64,000 nucleotides of DNA, from NCBI RefSeq assembly GCF_009914755.1, contig NC_060933.1; one strand, given 5' to 3'. Position numbers and translations under genes: made by a program. The notes under the pieces were generated by a model, which was not told the origin of the DNA, did not search any database, and saw only the letters and a program-made list of their open reading frames with translations. Positions within the stretch are counted from its first letter, which is position 1, and each line of letters opens with the position of its first letter. Shown in pieces: positions 43,811-60,154 of the stretch. The stretch is from the human T2T-CHM13v2.0 reference genome, Homo sapiens.

Positions 43811-44659
43811 CTCTGTGTCATTTTATGGACTCTTCTATTTCTATTTCTGGAAGAAACTTTCCAATGTGTTTGATGATCTATAATTATGATATAAAGTTGC
43901 AAACTTCCTTTTATAACAATATATAGAAAATGTTATACTTTTTTAGCAGCAGTATCCCCAATCCAAGAAAAAACCTGCATTTGGTGGGTTAATGCTTTAA
44001 TAAACTGCTTGGAATAAAGAATTAGAACTTGGAGTCATATTTGAATAACAGTAGCAGTTGATAGTTGCTGCAGTTAAGGAACAAGGGGACAACCAACTAG
44101 CTTTTGTGTAGTTTTTTGGTTTTTATTTTTATTTTTATTTTTTTGAGAGGATTCTAAGCTAAGAGTCAGACCTTAACTCTTTAGAACAGTAAAAGGACCC
44201 TGGTGAGGATCAGGGGAGGTCAGAGAATGAGGATGAAGAATCTTGTAATCAATGGGCAAAAATAAAATTAAATCTCTCTTCGAATTTGTGCCTGAGATAT
44301 AAATACTCTTTCCTGTTTTCCCAGGGAATTTTCAGTAACATTTACTAATGCATGTGGCACTGTTTCCTTTATTTAGTTGGGGAAGGCTGAGAAATAGTGT
44401 CACTGAGAGCATCGTGGTAGAGATCCTGTGAATAATGAGGTCACTGCATAGGAGCTATGCATAGTTTCAGTGCTATTATTATATTTTCTCATTTTTAAAC
44501 ATGTTTTGCTCATTTTATTATATTTGCAGGATGGTGTAGCATTTTATTGTTGTTCTGTGCCATGGTCCTTCTCCTGAAGCTTTATTATATTAACTTGGGA
44601 TAAAATGAAAATAAATGTTCTTGGTTCTAATTAGTATATGATCTTTGTGGGGATATTCT

Positions 44660-45625
44660 TCTGACTTACCTTCAAAACTGCATCTGCCTCCACTCCTACC
44701 ACTAAGGTGGCCACTGCCCTCTCTTGTGAGGCTCTTTGCACCAGCCTCCTATCTGATCTTCCTGTTACCACTCTGAAGGAACCATCATCCAATCCCTAAA
44801 TAGCAACTAGAGTGAGCCTGTTAAACACAAATCAGATCATAATACTTCTCCACTCAAAATCCCCCATATTATCCCATCTCATTAGCGTCAGAATCAAAAT
44901 CTCCTCACAGCTCGTAAGGCCCCTGCTTTCACTTTATTTCTTATTATACTTTCTCTGTTCCTCCAGGCACACTGGCCTCCTGGCTGCTCCTGGAACACAC
45001 TAGGGTGCTCCCCATCCCAGGGCCTTTGTCCTCTGTAGGACACACTCTTCCTTCTTTCTGCAGACATCCATATGGCTCACTTGCTCTGCTGCTCTAAGTC
45101 TTCACACAGATATCACTTTCTCAATGAGGTCTATCTTGTTACCCCACTTAAAGCTGCAACTCATCCCCCAGCACCATAACTCCTATCACTCTCCCCCATG
45201 GCACCTATCTTCTGATGTACAAGATTATTCTCTTACTTACTTGGCTTATTGTTCATTATCTGTTATTCCTGCTAGAATATAATCTCCACATTTCACGGAA
45301 TATTTTTAGAGGTTTTCCCAATTATTTTTATTATGGTAAAATGCACATAGCATAAAATGTGTCATCTTAACTGTTTTTAAGTATAGAGTTTTGTGGTATT
45401 AAATGCATGTATACTGTTGTGCAACCATCACCATCCATCTCCAGAGCTCTTTTTCACCTTTTAAAACTAAAACTCTTCCATGCGAAGAAATGAAATCTCC
45501 CCATTGCCCCTCCCCCAGCCCCTGGGAACCACCATTCTAATTCTCTTCACTGCAGTATCTCTACCACCATATCCAGTGCCAGGCAGGCATAGATAATCAT
45601 GAAATATCTGTTGACTTAATGAATA
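44660..45625 (+). mobile_element. L2a-like 3' region interrupted by an L1 fragment
   Basis: CACACTGGCCTCCTGGCTGCTCCTGGAACACAC, CAGGGCCTTTG, tail TGTTGACTTAATGAATAA. Confidence 0.8.
45322..45542 (-). mobile_element. L1MB-type 3' end
   Basis: TATGGTAAAATGCACATAGCATAAAA...GTTGTGCAACCATCACC...CAGCCCCTGGGAACCACCATTCTA. Confidence 0.8.
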
Positions 45626-46963
45626 AAAAAATTAAAAGATAGTAACTGAAAGTGTGATGGAGGTGAAAGGAAAGACAAAACCATGTGTTTTCGTGCTCAA
45701 GGCTTTGGCAAACTGTATCTTTGATCTCTTATTTTTTCCCAGAGAAGAACCTGTAAACTTGACTCTTAACACCCACACTATAATTCTCAAGAGAAAACAG
45801 TTAATTAAATCATAGCCATGACCTTTTGCTGTTGAGTTCTCTTGTCCAGGATTCTGAGTTGAAGGGGTGCTTACTTTGTCTCCTCAGAGCTTTGATTATT
45901 CAAACCCAAATAATTATAGTTTAATTAAAAACATCAAGTATTTTTCCTCCCTTATTTTCCCCTTCCCTCAGTTCATGGGCTACATTTGTTTCAGGCATGA
46001 GAACAGAAAAAGCATAGCAGGAAGGAGGGTAAGGAAGAAACAAGGGAGTTGTATAACTCCCCCTCGTCTCAAAGACACCAGTTCACCTGGGAGAATACAC
46101 TACATATCTTTGCTCCCTTTTCTTCCCTTTGATTCAGTGAAGAAGCTACAAAAATGTCAACCTAACCTTAGCTAAACTCACTTGTTAGTGATTGACAACA
46201 CATTTTTTGAAAAGCATATTACCTCTTTGAAATGAAATGTATTTAGTCCTCCACAGATTTTCAATAAGGCATAATTTATAATTTCAAAAAATAATAGAGT
46301 GTGACATTATTATGATATGAAACCTCCTCAAACAGCATTTTAGGAACCACAAGAAAAGCAATCAAAATTATGTATTTCTTTTACATCCTCATTGAGAATT
46401 ATTATTTCTTGCATTATCATTTGTGTCTGCAAGTTGCTGTTGGAACAAATGTCCTGTGCCTTCCAAAAGCATGGAGAATGGGCCAGCTGCCGATTCGGTT
46501 GATTCTGGTCCAGGGTTAATGAAGTGAAGATTCCAGTGCCCTGAGGTGGCTTAGCAGCTAACACGTTCCAACCTCCATGCTGTGCTCACCTAATTAGAAG
46601 GCCCTCACCTCTACCCCACCCCAATCTCTGCCTGATTAACCCATGAGAACCAGTCAAACATATCTTTCCTTTGTGGGTTTTCTTGATGCTTTGTATTATA
46701 AATGCGTGTGAATGTTGCAACATTGCCTGGCTTCAAAGTCAAGGGTACAAGCTGATACCCATTCGGAGGTCAAATAAGTCCTGCAAATGGACAGGACAAC
46801 GGAGTGGAAGTCACGGGTAAGCCGTGAACAGAAGCAGATGCTGCCAACATCCAGCTATGTTCCTACTCAGGACTGGGACCGGGTGTGTCCAGATCTTCCC
46901 ACTATTCAAGAAAAGTCAGAAACCTATATTTCATAGAACATTTGAGTTATCTGCTGGCAAGTG

Positions 46964-47515
46964 TTAGGTTTTACCATATGAAAGTTATTTTTATAGGTTA
47001 AAAACAGTCAAATAATAATTTCATATGGTATGGTAGGCTAAACAATGGTCCCCAAAGATATCTCTGGGACCTGAGCATATGCCTCATATGAAAAAAATAA
47101 AAGGGTCTTTGCAGATGTGATTAAATTAAGCTTCTTGAAATGGGGAAGTTATCCTGATTATCTGGATGGGCCCTAAGTGCAGTGATGAGTGTCTCTATAA
47201 CCGGGAAGAGAGGGAGATTTCACACAGAAGAGGAGGAGGATGTGGGCCACAGAGGCAGAGGTTGGAGACATGTGACCATAAGTCAAGGAGGGCCAGAGCC
47301 ACGTGAAGCTGGAAGACTCAAAGAATAGATTCTCCCCTAGAGTGTCTGGAGAGAGTGCAGCCCTGGAGACATCTGGATTTCAGCCCAGTGAAACTGATTT
47401 CAGACTTTTGGCCTCCAGCATTGTGAGAAAATAAATGTATGTTGTTTCAGGACACCAAGTTTGTTAGTTTGTTACAGTAGCCACAGGAAATGAATCCATA
47501 CAGTTCAACTCAATA
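46964..47515. mobile_element. MADE2 (mariner MITE) split by an MLT1 LTR
   Basis: TTAGGTTTTACCATATGAAA...AATTTCATATGG [insert] TTCAACTCAATA; the halves rebuild the ~80-bp palindromic MADE2. Confidence 0.75.
47029..47498 (+). mobile_element. MLT1C/D-like solo LTR
   Basis: TATGGTAGGCTAAACAATGGTCCCCAAAGAT ... CCACAGGAAATGAATCCA; TSD TATGG/TACAG. Confidence 0.88.
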
Positions 47516-47532
47516 GAACATGGGCAAATTCA

Positions 47533-47656
47533 AATATATATATATGTATTTTATATATATATAATATATATATTTGATTATATATTTTATATATTTGATT
47601 TATATATATTTGATCATATATACACGTATATATGGTTCTATATATATTTATATATA
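47533..47656. repeat. Degenerate (TA)n
   Basis: Interrupted TATATA runs. Confidence 0.9.
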
Positions 47657-47659
47657 GAG

Positions 47660-48097
47660 AGAAAACCAAAAAGCGTCTGAGACAGTACTCAATCAATTTA
47701 GATGTGTATTTTGCCAAGGTTAAGGACGCACGCCCAGGAGACAGGTCTGTGCCTTTCTCCAAAGATAATTTGAGGGCTTCAGTATTTAAAGGGGGAAAGC
47801 AGGCTGGAGGAGAAAGAGGGAGGGTGTGGTCACATTACTGAATCCACATGTTGCAAGGGAAAAGCAACAGGTAGGGGAATAGTTAATGATATATTTCTCT
47901 GACGCTCAGTAAATCTGCACTTTACGTAAGATAAGGTGAACATACGTGGCTACCTGTGCAGATATTTAACCTTTGATCTGTAAGCTCTCTGCTTAGGAAT
48001 AAAAGGAAAGGCAGCTTCTTGCGTGACTCAGCTTTCAGCTTAACTTTTTCCTTTTGGCAGAGTGAACTGGGGTCCCAAGTTTTTATTTCCCTTTCAC
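47660..48097 (-). mobile_element. MER4A1 solo LTR (ERV1)
   Basis: Reverse strand GTGAAAGGGAAATAAAAACTTGGGACCCC...AAGCTGAAAGCTGAGTCACGCAAGAAGCTGCC; CCTTAACCTTGGCAAAAT near the other end. Confidence 0.85.
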
Positions 48098-48608
48098 TAC
48101 ACACACACACACACAAATAGTATGTTTAGATAAACCCACATGTGTATATGTGTGTGGAAAGATGTGTGTGTGTGTGTGTAAAGGCAACATGCAGGCCAGA
48201 CAAAGCACATCTGCAATGTAGAGCTGTCCTTCAGGTAATTAATTTGGTCTATTTCAATCTGTTTCTTTTTCATCCTTCTCTTATCTATAGTGACTGGCAC
48301 TGTTCTCTGTACCTTCATCAAATGTTATTTGAAATCACTGCTAATGGAAAGTAAAGGATTCTGCCAGTACATCACCTAAGCCCTTGTATTTCCCAAAATA
48401 CCTCTGCAGAGGTTTAATGACTCCAAATTCCCTTTACCTTCTGATGCAAGTCATTAAGAAAAAAGATGACCTCAAATATTGTCTTCAGATTCAATTCATT
48501 AAGTGCTGGGCACTATAAGATCCAGAGTCAGGGGAGAGCAGAAACTGTCAGAAAAAGTAAAAAAGTGAAATGCCTCAAAATCATGTTAATTGAACCATAT
48601 TAAGTATG

Positions 48609-49325
48609 TGTAGTGAATTCTTATAATTTTATGTTGCCTCAGGATTCATTCTAAGTTGGACTTTCTCATACTAGAAGCATGGCTCAGTCACCCTTGACAC
48701 AGTCTCCAATTCTCCACCTCCTCCCAGTTCCTCAAGGTGGTCAGACACCTGCTTTATGTAACCACCTTCTGGTGACCACCCTTGTATGGGACAACTAGAT
48801 ACAACCTACTTGACACCCCACTGACCCCCATATTTCCCATGGACTGCATAGATATTTCACAGTGACCCCCTCTCAGTCACAGCATGTCTCCCTGGAGCTT
48901 CTGCCTGCTTCCTTCAATCCCACCGACAAGAACTCCTTAGAACTCCCCATGGGAAACCTGCTTGAGTCATGCCTGGGACCCCAGTAAAGGCGTTCGCTCT
49001 CAGGTCCCTCAGTCTCTCTCTCTCTCTCACTCCCCACCTGCCTGATTGAGTGTGCCTATCCTGCCCAGCTCTTCCCTGCCCTTGGCCCTGTAAGGTGTGC
49101 AGCCCTCTTATGTCTGGAATCCATAAGTAATTAAAAAAAAAAAAAACAACCCTGCTTCTGTTTCTCCATGTGTTTCGCTGTGCTGCCTCCTCTGTCTCAC
49201 CTGACCAACACACCTGAACCCAACTTCTGTCCTGGTCAGGGTTCTCCTAGAGAGTGGCTATCTTGGATGATGGCCACTCTCAAAAGGAGACCTGAAGACC
49301 AAATTAGGGGAAAACTTCACATCAT
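48609..49325 (+). mobile_element. MER54-like ERVL LTR
   Basis: TGTAGTGAATTCTTATAATTTTATGTTGCCTC...CAGTCACCCTTGACACAG...GGGACAACTAGATACAACCTACTTGAC. Confidence 0.75.
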
Positions 49326-49814
49326 GCAAGTCCACACATTTTTGCTGCTGCCTTTGCTAGGGTCCTTTGGATCTTGACCTGGCCTCTGGATCTAGCTTCT
49401 GAGGCTTAAATCTATGATGGCTCCTCCTCTTGGGTTTCCGTGAGGTCCCATGTTGGTATGCCTGAAATAAACTCCTCTTGACCTACGCTAATTGTGTCGC
49501 TATTGCTGGCAACTAAAACTAGCCAGTGGCTTCTTCAGGAGTCAACTCAGCAGCTTTCCTTCTACTATGGACTACACTAGTGTTATCCAAACTGTCAGTT
49601 CAACTGGGGTAAGAAGCTTGCACCAGAATGTGAATCAACACGCTACTTACTTCATCAAGAAAGTTTTGTTGTGAATTTCAGCTGAGTCAAAATGTGTATT
49701 TAGTGATGTAATAATAGATTTACATTCCCTTGCAAGTTCTTTGTCTCGTTAACAGTAACCACCACTGTGAGGACTGACAGCTGATTCACAGATCTCACTT
49801 AAAGTAGCACTGGC

Positions 49815-51310
49815 TGTTAGCCAACTTCCAGCTATCCTCTCTCCCACCTTCACCTTTCCCAGCCTCTCGTAATCACTACCCTGCACTCTACTTCTATGAG
49901 ATCAACTTTTTTAGCTTCCACATGTAGGTGAGATTATGAGTATTTGTCTTTGTGCACCTGGCCTATTTCACTTAACGTAGTCCTCCAAACTTATCCATGT
50001 TCCTGCACATAAGAGGATTCCTTTTTTTTAATGGCTGAATAGTATTCCATAGTGTATATATTCCATGGTGTGTGTATATATGTGTATGTATATGTGCACC
50101 ACATTTTATCCATTCATCTGTTGTTGGACATTTATGTTGATTCCATATCTTGGCTATTGTGAATAGTGCTGCAAATAAACTCAGAAGTGCAGATATCCCT
50201 ATAATATATCAATTTCCTTTCTTTTAGATATATGCCCAGGGAGAGGATTGTTGGATCACATAGTAGTTCTATTTTTAGTTCTTTGAGAAACCTCCATACT
50301 GTTTTCCATAATGGCTGTACTAGTTTACACTCCAACAACAGTATATAGGAGTTCCCCTTACTCCACGTCCTGTCCTGTACTTGCTATGTTTTGTCTTTTT
50401 GGTAATAGCCATTCGAGCTGGGGTGAGTTGACATTGCAATGTGGTTTTGATTTGCATCAGCCTGATGATTAATAATACTGAGCATTTTTTTTCACATACC
50501 TGTTGGCCATTTCTATGTCTTCTTTTGAGAGATGCTTTTCAGATTCTTTGCCCACATTTTAGTTGGATTATTATTTGTTTTGTTTGAATTTCTTGTATAT
50601 TCTGGACATGAATTCCTTGTCAGATGAACAATTTACAAATATTTTATCTCATTTTGCTGGTTGCCTCTTCACTCTGTTGATTGTTTTGTTTGCTGTGCAG
50701 AAGATTTTTGGTTTTTTATAGCCCCATTTGTCTATTTTTGCATAAGTTGCCTGTGTTTTTGAGGTCTTCTCCATGAAATCTTTGCCCAGATCAATGTCTT
50801 GAAGCATTTCTCCAGTGTCTTCTTCTGATAGTTTCATAGTTTGAGTCTTACATTTAAGTCTTTAATCCATTTTGAGTTGATTTTTGTACACGGTGAGAGA
50901 TAGCAATCTAGTTTCATTCTTCTGCATATGAATACCCAGTTTTTCCAGCACCATTTATTGCAAAGACTTTCCTTTCCCCAATGAATGTTCTTGGCGTCTT
51001 TGTTAAAAATCAGTTGGCTTTAAATACGTGGATTTATTTCTGGGTTCTCTATTCTGTTCCAGAGTTCTAGTGTTCTATAGCACTGTAGGATGACTATAAT
51101 TAACAACAATTTATTGTATATTTTCAGATAGCTAGAAGAACAGCTTGTGCATGTTCACATCACAAAGAAATGAGAAATGTTTGAGATATGAATATGAAAA
51201 TTACTCTGATTTGATCATTACACATTGTATACATGTATCGAAATATCATACTGTACCCCATAAACATGCATAATTATTATGTATCAATTAAAAATAATAA
51301 AAGCAAAAAA
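49815..51310. mobile_element. L1MA-type element with 5' inversion (49815-51060 minus; 51061-51310 plus)
   Basis: Antisense ORF2-end/3'UTR abuts a sense distal 3'UTR with A-rich tail; probable TSD AAAGTAGCACTGGC / AATGTAGTATTGGC. Confidence 0.82.
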
Positions 51311-52984
51311 TGTAGTATTGGCCTAAAGTTTTCCTAGGCTAAGAGAACTCTAAGGATGTGATTAGTTCTGCTCTCTTCCACCTTTTCTTCACAGAATGAA
51401 GAAACAGAGCAGGAGAGAGGAACAATTTTTGCATTAGAATGATGGTGCTAGTCTATATACAATATACCACTTTCTTTTTAATAATAAGGAAATAGTTTTT
51501 TCCCACTTTACCATTAATTTTGCCCTTTCAAGTCAAATCCTGTGCTAAGTCCAATTTGCCAGAATGGTCTTCTAAAAAACTTCTCTTGGCCTGTTTCTAA
51601 TGCAAAACTGCCTCGGTCGCTGAAATGAATCAATCACATGCACTTATTTGCTACATTTACCACAGGGAAACGTTAAAAAAAATAATGAAAAATCAGATTC
51701 ATAAGACTTAAAGCAGAAACATAACACAGCTTTGCTGTGCTCCCTCTTTCTGAGGACAGGGAAGGGATAGATCTGGGAGTAGTTTTAAAATTGGGACATT
51801 TCTTTTAGGTAAAATGAAGAAGTCTTCACCTTACTTTGTGTGTCTGTTAAAATTTTTCACAACAGTGTGCTGTCAAGTACCTCGAGGCATCTGCTAAAGA
51901 CAGGAGGACACTTCTTACTCCAAATGAAACCAGGAATGGAAATGGCAGTGAGTTGATTGAAAAGCATTTAGTTGAGACCTTCCAGGGTTCATAACACTGA
52001 ACTGGGCACATACATATGAAAGGAGAGATTCAGTTCATTACAGGCATTAGAAATAAGCAGACAAAAATATATTCCAGAAACTCACCAAAATGAGACAGAA
52101 ACTATATAAATGCCAAAAATATATTTTCTTCAAATCCTGAAAATAGATGTGTTGACTTTTCTTGGAAACAGTTATTTTAAACTGTTGGAAGACATACAAG
52201 TAAACCTAAAACTAATAAAGGGGCCTGTGTTAGAAATGAGCCCTCATAGCAAGCATTTTGGGGGGTTATTAAATTGTTCTGTGCTCCCAAATACTTTATT
52301 AAAGTATGTTATTAATTAAAACCAAAAGTGTACCACGAATTGGGCCAAAGAAAAACATCCAAATTCTCAACATGCACTTGAAAAGATTCGATCCCTCTGT
52401 GATCTGTGCCAGTTCTGATTCATGCCACGCCAGGATTCTCCTCACTTCCAGCTTACCTATGAACAGTTTGTTTACATGGTACCTGCCTTCCTTATAGGAC
52501 AATGAGTGATGAGCCTTTAAGATAAAATGCTCATTCACATATTCATTTAATAAGTTACTACAAAAGACTAATTGTTGCCATGTAATCATTGCTACATATG
52601 CCTTAATGAACACATAGAACAGGTCCCAGCTCCTGTGAGCTTATACTGTGTATAATTGTGAAAGAAACCACGTGGACAAAGGGAGAGTCCTGTTCACACA
52701 GCATTCTAAGGATAGGACTCACCTCCCACCTGATCTGAGTATTTCAGAATCTCAATTGCAATTTTAGTTGGAGACTATCTGGTTCAGATTTATCCCTGTA
52801 ACCTTATCCACAAGTGTCATTTAACTTTATTGTATTTTTATTGTCAGACATAATTCATTCATTCACAATGAGTCACAGCATGTATCCAGCATGGGGCAGA
52901 GTATCTTGGAGGGCAAACAAGCGATGCCCTGGCTGTTCCTAACGTGTCCTTTCAATAACCTGAGGACATTCTGATGCTCATTCC

Positions 52985-53435
52985 TTTGTTTGTAATGTGT
53001 TTTGCCTTTTGCCCCTTGATATATTTTTATTGTTGGTGCTTTGAAGTTTCACAATGATATCACTAAGTTTGAATCTTTTATTATTTATTAAGATAGATAT
53101 TTGTTGGGCCTTTCTAGGAGGGGAATGCGTCTTTGAGGTCTTATAAATTTTTTGATATAACTTATTTAATAAATACTTCTGCTTCATTGGGTATTTCATT
53201 TTGTTCTTCTGGAATTTCTAATAGTCTGATATTAGATTTCCTAATGTATTTTCCTAATTTTTTAAAAAATATTTTCTCTCATATTTTTATATCATTGCCT
53301 TTGTTATATTTTCTTGAAGATTGGACTTTATTTTTCAAGACTTTCACTAAATTTTTAATTCAGTTTAATTTCATTTCAGAAATCATCTTATCTTGTTCTT
53401 TGTTTCTTCCTTCTGGTATCCTATTTTGTTTTATT
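52985..53435 (-). mobile_element. Old L1 5'/ORF1-region remnant
   Basis: GAAGTTTCACAATGATAT, TCTTCTGGAATTTCTAATAG motifs; T-rich. Confidence 0.55.
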
Positions 53436-53476
53436 AGCATATATAAGGGCAAGCTAGTTTGCAGGGACAAATAGAC

Positions 53477-53897
53477 AAGGGACCAGGATTAAGACAAGGC
53501 AAATGAGACGGTCTCCTCTCATGCCAAATTTAAGGTGGCACCAAAAAGCTCAGCTATCAAGATAAATACTGTTCTTAATATCATATTTTTTAAAATCAAA
53601 ATTAATGTAAAAATGCATGATGAACAAAATTTCAAAATTTTCAGTAAATGTAGCCCCAATAAAAGTGATGTGCCAAGCATTCCAGAAACAAAGTCAAAAG
53701 GAAACATCAGTATATTGATCCTGTCTTTATTTAAAATTGTGATATTTTGTTCAGCAGATGTCTTTTGAATGAATTCTTTAATGTTATATTAAGGTATTAT
53801 TTATCATGGTTACTGAGTTTTTTGGCACCCTTTTACATTTAGGGCTGGAAATAAATGCCTCACTTGACTCATTGACTTCATCATAGTCCCATCCCTA
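53477..53897. mobile_element. MER96B (hAT-Tip100)
   Basis: AAATTTAAGGTGGCACCAAAAAGCTCAG..TCAAGATAAATA...CATGATGAACAAAAT; end TAGTCCCATCCCT; TSD AAAT(A/G)GAC. Confidence 0.8.
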
Positions 53898-53961
53898 AAT
53901 GGACACAAATATATAATGACTCAGCAGCTGAAGCTTCTCTTTCACAAAGCAGTTGAACTAG

Positions 53962-54297
53962 AATATGATTCAGCCATAAAAAAGAAGGGAGTGCTGAGGC
54001 GACTCATGAATAAACCTTGAAAATATTACACTATAATAGACATAAAATTATGTGATTCCATTTATAGAGATATCTAGCATAGGCAAATCCATAGAGACAG
54101 AAAGTAGATTAGTGATTTCTGGGGACTAGGAAGAGGAAGAATGAAGAGTGACTGCTTAATGGGTACAGAGTTTCCTTTGGGGGTGATGAAAGTGTGCTAG
54201 AACTAGGTTGTGGTAATGGTTGCACAATACTGTGAATGCACTAATTGATAATAATGGTAAATTTTATGTTATTTGTATTTTGCCACAACAAAAAAAT
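53962..54297 (+). mobile_element. L1MB-type 3' end
   Basis: ATAGGCAAATCCATAGAGACAGAAAGTAGATTAGTG ... GGTAAATTTTATGTTAT. Confidence 0.8.
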
Positions 54298-54429
54298 TGG
54301 AGAGATCAAAGGGAGCTAAGCAGAAGCAAGGTTTCTATCCTTCACTTTTAAGTGGTTAAACATTGATACTAGCAGATAAGGTACATATTCCTTTGTACAT
54401 ATTACTAAGGTACAAAACTACCTTGTCTT

Positions 54430-55801
<1,372 letters not shown>

Positions 55802-56445
55802 GCAACTTTATTCATAACAGCCGAAATCTGGAAACTACTCAAATGTTCTTCAGTTTGTGAATGGTTAAACAAAATGGCACATTCACATCATGAGGTACAA
55901 GTCAGCAATAAAAGGGAACAAACTCCTTTTATATTCAACAACTTGTATAAACCTCGTTTATAACAACTGAATAAACCTCAAGTTAGTGAAAGTAGCTGAA
56001 TAAACCTCAAGTGAGTGAAAGTAGCTGATCTCAAATTTACATACTGTATGATTTTAATGATAACATTCTCAAAACAAAATTATAGAGGTGGAGAACAGAT
56101 AAGTTAGCTACTAGAGGTTAAAGATAGTGTGAAGATGGGGGGAATAAAAAAGTAGTACAAAGAAGCTCTATGGTGCTTGTGCATTTTTTATCTTGATTGT
56201 GATGGTCCATACACGAATCTATACACATGATAAAATTAGGTAAACCTGCGTGCATGCTCACAGTAATGAATGCATATATAATTGACAAAACCTGAGTAAG
56301 CTCTGTGGATTTTTCCTGGTTTTATATTATGCTACACTTATGTGAGATGTTACCATTGGAGAAGGCTGAGTGAAAGGTTCAGTGAATCACTTGCACATTT
56401 CTGTGTATATATGAATCTATAACTATTTCAACATTTAAAAATATA
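55802..56445 (+). mobile_element. L1MC/MD-type 3' end containing a 29-bp tandem duplication (55967-56024)
   Basis: TTTATTCATAACAGCCGAAATCTGGAAAC..., GATGTTACCATTGGAGAAGGCTG; CTGAATAAACCTCAAGT(T/G)AGTGAAAGTAG x2. Confidence 0.75.
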
Positions 56446-56449
56446 TTAA

Positions 56450-59265
<2,816 letters not shown>

Positions 59266-60154
59266 AGATGGAAATGAGAGTGGTTATCAATATGAAGCTA
59301 GCCAATAAGAGAGAAACTAAGCAATGTTTAGAATTAGAATGCCCTGTGGATTTGTCAGAAGAAAAGAAGTTCGCCAGAAATCCATAGAAGTGTTAGGAAG
59401 ACACAAATCACAAGGAATGAAATGGGATATTGAGATAGAAAGCAACCACTGAAAGTGAGAGGTGACTTTTGAATAGTAGACTCAGGGATTCCTTTGAATG
59501 GAGAATCTGTTTTCTTAAGCACATTTTGTGAAAACAATCATATGCAAATGCTTCTACAGCATCCTTTTGGTGCATGTGGGAAGGGAAGTCTTCTACTGCT
59601 TATTTATGAATAGTAATTAGAGGGGAGGTCTTAAAAACAGCAATTGCTCAGTCCATTAGTAGAGTTTGCAGACTCGCAAGGCTTAAAGTACACCAGCCAC
59701 CAAATTCTATTTCTGGATGTGCCTACAACTCCATGTAAATTCTGAAAGCTAGTTATCCCTTTTCCTGCTCCTGTCTCCTATGTCAGAGTGCAAGAAAGTG
59801 TTTCAGACGTGACAAGTTCTTACCAGGGGAATGGCATTGACAGGTAAAGAGGACACAGTTATCAGAAACTCTAGCACAAGTGAAACAGGCATTTCAAAGG
59901 ACTTTCGGAACATAACATTGAAGTGAAACATTAGTTTCTCCATCTATAGATTCTAAGCTCAGCAGCTGGAAAGCTGAATGGTAGGTGCTTTATCTTTAAG
60001 GACTATTTCCAACAATATAATTGAATCTCATGAAGCTATTGTTCAGCATAAGATGCCAGATCCACAAGAGCACATACAATGTGGTTTCATTTGTATGAAG
60101 CTTAAGAACAGTCAAATTAATCTATGGTATTATCACACAGGAGAGATTTACTTG

